Assembly: GCA_018819305.1 (NCBI GenBank)
Contig: JAHJQO010000044.1
Span: 1-54,602, forward strand
DNA from: Nanobdellota archaeon
GTDB taxonomy: Archaea; Nanobdellota; Nanobdellia; Woesearchaeales; SM23-78
Direction: 5' to 3'
DNA: 54,602 nt
The position numbers were made by a program, and so were the translations under genes. Of this stretch, positions 54,101 to 54,602 are shown one piece after another. The notes beneath the pieces were generated by a model. That model had not been told where the DNA came from. It worked only from the letters and a program-made list of their open reading frames with translations, and made no database searches. Positions within the stretch are counted from its first letter, which is position 1; the number at the start of each line of letters is the position of its first letter.

Positions 54101-54269
54101 TCACACAGAATACAATGGCACCCAAGACTTAGTATTTGTCACAGAAATAAATATAGATACAAAAGGCAAATACGGTACATATGATTTTGAAATAAAAATA
54201 CCAGTAAACCTCAAAAACTACCAAGCACCAGGCACAAATGTTGTCTTTTACTGGGAAATAGAAAGCTGA
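45165..54269 (+). CDS. Second giant surface protein (about 3030 aa): shared N-terminal modules, a Cys-rich core, Ig-like repeats, a DUF2341-like + LamG-like segment, a CARDB-like domain and the shared C-terminal module
   Basis: One ORF of 9.1 kb. The hydrophobic signal-like segment AASFLFLLILLLPFTSAQS starts only about 70 codons in, so the start is uncertain (TTG 45165, ATG 45174, or the out-of-frame ATG 45313; see findings). The N- and C-termini are paralogous to the 17936-27379 protein. Confidence 0.85.
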   Translation: MSRMLRDKSKDIAKYKITFLFFNLIIRLFSNLTSNFSSNSSTNKSNNKHHVFSIKGCVRSSSAWKTFWKGAASFLFLLILLLPFTSAQSIALDKSIYGLDDIVKIKITNITENISLTILSEENVYKYSGELEQELEFYARESGDYIVRLSDNGNLIDEVSFTVLKYYLVNENILTTDKTEYLVNEPVLIYITTTETNVSEQSQATTTGDFELAVISETEVFKYLDIINSPLPFIPQEPGNYRIELRKDFKPIATTEFIVTEEIFDQDKPIPEQENIITELIPPITTPLPEEKLPFTLNLNDKRGQKKESSGRVIKQITNDDETYDTYNIEIYPNKANIQKIQFNNLKATSTQEENFDLDEIDIKRNEIETSFKGKKVINSFFIDTSSLDYTEGTITSIASGTELWKCKDWDKTTLSCMGSWKKIADITPRQEYNITINATDPAYAETGVASINTKKPIYHPGETAEIIIVVLDTEGYLVSYANVTLTITKPDEIANTFSTSAGTITEISRGIYETTYNRIDIEGSYEMFVRATGLNVDSTMLSSFEVKTFYEFDILRETPVTINPWKGPFFSSINLIKYINTDNFNYTERLPVNFTVIDAGTGLVTQGLEYTEIKWINLNNNSFVYYLAKAPLVTPDLYEIGPSYIDYNINNTNKEFTEARPWYMAIDPANYQVNATTCYKMVSTTTDNTYTTACSIPWNIDSEDGSTQNDGQSAKKYSGIQTTNDLTPDRCMDINKVDVCVDWWYTATIDSCIGVDFSATGTGGTWYTVANSSCPGSNGPLACSDVTGTVSWNCNSFSSANAAIRTHLYTKNAGTTYIDAVFFRIDYSSYPVLEGSVTNDGPVEAEQDITFSGTCSDYDTGDSYKLVVCNASVSTCDDSTTGSDLICKGTLGTSNPRNCTYTTTSIDIGTNTGDKAVCCDSESYCTPTPTIINDWEVTPFSGPPTITINSVSGDTAPVYVFTDQTPIVNATLNVDGYCYLSEFDENFTQMMEAGRVYCGFYTNNVQKNCEYTNTFSASNGTNDFLYMSCNNTAGGENNNSNNANMELDVLCDTHTDCALERYCRASTQHCELDIIYGYTCENIAYGGGEDNEVCGDGTNKYCVNDSTYSYTGWYCTADTNDCVYNNNGFSYDLGETLCVGGTNDYRNCSTINEWGSLFDCAEQYDIDASSQTATYHAGEYCAYYAAAQTCVNGISGGCSGTSTDCTSYIYNQTTQACGSLVADCDMGCGATCDPSNSTTPELDSGICYYDKTCSNACAWSENNEEAPDFCINDNNGGSCGYSDRTNPNATGTCYWNPTCADVTGASLTSGFLNNLKSNYCDYCTASGNQSGQFAPAPNASCSSGCADSETIYYDSGLTPSDRSDDCGSGTGTSTILSDTLTIGDIWTGSAPAYCDDTECDSDCGTMVGTCVGGAGGTCTCVDNDNPILKLKEPAPGAWDTDGTIIFTYNVTDISSGIENCSLIINGSINMTNSSVNESVQTQSFTQNFVNGTYNWSIICYDNSTNYNMNQSSSRIVGVDTTHPQLSNPNINGTAFDINTHVCLNVTVTDTFSGTDKVWAKIDRPNPIPDENITLSDDQTTSCDQTNGDNVYSVEYQLVFSGTYNWTIAYANDSASNQNNLIADLDWTVTAAGDLVVSMLSPIVDFEINESESNNNFTMTCNATCNPGLENCSNVYLFAQYIPSSDYDITTITTDLINAEDNFSCGDMEQGGTYCIHTFNITSGSDSGNNIWPIRCKAISSNSPTTFSSTVDLTINDHPYANISYPQHSTWITGIITANASLSFDSDGTVDNYLFEYDNNTDFNSPGTLCDGASATCVWNTAQQSQCDNNSMSCYLRVTIIDDNGLTNSSYILFGIDNQGPTTTLDRPINFENITTDLFTVNATSSDSETEVDTVTFEYRKNNTDTWTFACNDNRDPTYDCELDISSWPDGNTYEFRAYANDTMGNIGNSDNHTNITIDRTAPVIKLENPPDNNYTANTTVIFYYNVTDNTSTVADCSLIINSAINETDSPIQEDQTINFTKILAEGYYEWNINCTDIHGFQNNSETRNITIDITGPTATLDRPLSFENITGTSSYTINASVSDPGINNISMVTFEYRQNATDTWTFACNDDRGPTYDCEWNLIGLPDGNNYQVRAWANDTLGNNGSYSTHTSITIDNNPPNITLLLPPNENVDADGNVTLTYSVNDAAAGVANCTFIWNGEEDQINPGPILEDQELQFEKYNLVNGDYNWTINCTDVFGQIGTATNGPRNITVDIRYTMNVKVNSSKIQYEIGNQAGEPINISTNTTDFYNNPLNTLTKTDIILGNTTQPWWNTSWERRQPIYLTETSGQDRTNINIEVSVTGLSGYISSCTNEIRVASVDLEPVTVNIIEGDDSTYCTIVFQGDVSANANNEELYFVYFNNSNAPNPSYPALTGKYYNEFLDDFNTGTYPDTSKWDNPGNEWDINTQRAHTVRTNGYKLLSTLDNLINLSNYDSANLTFDWEVDASGLESDDCLKLDLYSGASWTNEVWKKCDDTIPTSGTQEITLSSIYLISTFRLRYGAATDANGEDMWIDNVNVTAYKLTDFNISGNTGLTQQHKSRQEDNTGEDGIIDFKFNSYSYLLSNYSAVSLASKSLYANTSNHVMFETIPDQTPPNITLNSPPDNGSSNSSVTFEYYVNDTTSTVLNCTLYLDGEEEDNETLIQEGPVQYFEPRIPSAGWHNWSVNCTDYYGNIGASEEWQIWIKPPDFRIISANITFNNTSPKEGESIRINATIYNVGGSDATNVTMQFWVGDPNTTGYQINSNFTANISDPTGDHSNASINVTWTVTGPGPFDIYVVADPPTETNGTILEINETNNKAYKTLHVPAYNYFYGSVQNNMYLSNIDNDDLYYYLNITQISGNIFVADQENTISFSALQAISRDINNNSAPNDFNDTDTNLSMTNYNDSIRKLYTDDTDTPIETISMSIFNRTINNVPVINSTNTTNFQTGILWDKDDGHTEYNGTQDLVFVTEINIDTKGKYGTYDFEIKIPVNLKNYQAPGTNVVFYWEIES

Positions 54270-54294
54270 TAAACAAAACTCATCACCAACAAAA

Positions 54295-54454
54295 ACAGTG
54301 TCTTAAGTACGCTCGCAATTCATTGCTCACTTGCGTCAGTTCGCAGAGACAAAAACATTATGCTCTCTATCGATTGTTTTTGCTACCTATGACATATCTT
54401 ACGAATTAATAAGCTCTGCTCACAAACAAATGACGCAAGTACTTAAGATACTGC
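54295..54454. mobile_element. MITE-like element: 15-bp terminal inverted repeats flanked by a 9-bp direct repeat
   Basis: CAGTGTCTTAAGTAC (54296-54310) pairs with GTACTTAAGATACTG (54439-53), matching at 14 of 15 positions. CCAACAAAA occurs at 54286-54294 and 54455-54463. No ORF inside. Confidence 0.6.
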
Positions 54455-54496
54455 CCAACAAAACGGAACCGTCCAGAATCTATAAGTTTTATAAAG

Positions 54497-54520
54497 CCAG
54501 CTAGCCGTTAGGCTAGCTGG
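54497..54520 (+). promoter_or_regulatory. Perfect 10-bp hairpin CCAGCTAGCC-GTTA-GGCTAGCTGG in the leader of the last gene
   Basis: Read directly from the sequence. A second imperfect hairpin at 54522-54546 contains the GAGGTG ribosome-binding site. Confidence 0.5.
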
Positions 54521-54547
54521 GGGGCAAACATCTGAGGTGTTCGCCCA

Positions 54548-54602
54548 ATGGCAAAAGAAGAAAGACTTATTAATAAATTTAAGCGTCTTTTGAGACGCTT
54601 AG
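54548..54602 (+). CDS. 5' end of a CDS running off the right edge (MAKEERLINKFKRLLRRL...)
   Basis: ATG at 54548, with GAGGTG at 54534-54539. The frame is open to the window end. Confidence 0.4.
   Translation, partial: MAKEERLINKFKRLLRRL

Noticed and set aside
1-54602. Searched by eye for rRNA, tRNA, CRISPR arrays, integrase/transposase genes and prophage structural genes.
   Set aside because: None found. All GC-rich or structured intergenic segments are accounted for above. Without covariance-model tools, absence is not proof.

Overview
AT-rich, gene-dense window that looks archaeal and probably comes from a DPANN-like episymbiont; the taxonomy is inference. The supporting signs are TATA-like promoters, GGTG/GAGGTG ribosome-binding sites, an AbrB-PhoU regulator, wHTH-nucleotidyltransferase/HEPN pairs and very dense N-x-S/T sequons in the surface proteins. 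No rRNA, tRNA or CRISPR array was seen. Contents left to right: (1) An island of three unrelated type II toxin-antitoxin operons that share one homologous promoter-proximal repeat, followed by small housekeeping genes including adk. (2) A tandem structured intergenic element with compensatory stem changes. (3) A translationally coupled operon at 6093-15320 encoding two RHH proteins, a 1019-aa bitopic Ig/PKD surface protein, a 1305-aa protein that joins a large extracellular region to a cytoplasmic HerA/FtsK-class P-loop ATPase, and two coiled-coil proteins. This is my best candidate for an undescribed envelope-spanning system. (4) A SemiSWEET, a methyltransferase and an orphan HypA. (5) Two paralogous giant surface proteins of about 3147 and 3034 aa, with shared N- and C-terminal modules and different cores, plus a membrane Hanks kinase. 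(6) A signalling cluster (response regulator, multi-TM histidine kinase, 4xPAS protein). It is interrupted by four accessory cassettes (two AAA/DUF4143-type ATPases, two MNT/HEPN pairs) that are separated by decayed copies of the PAS gene 3' end. (7) A 160-bp MITE-like element flanked by a 9-bp direct repeat. All family names come from motifs read by eye, and no database search was run.
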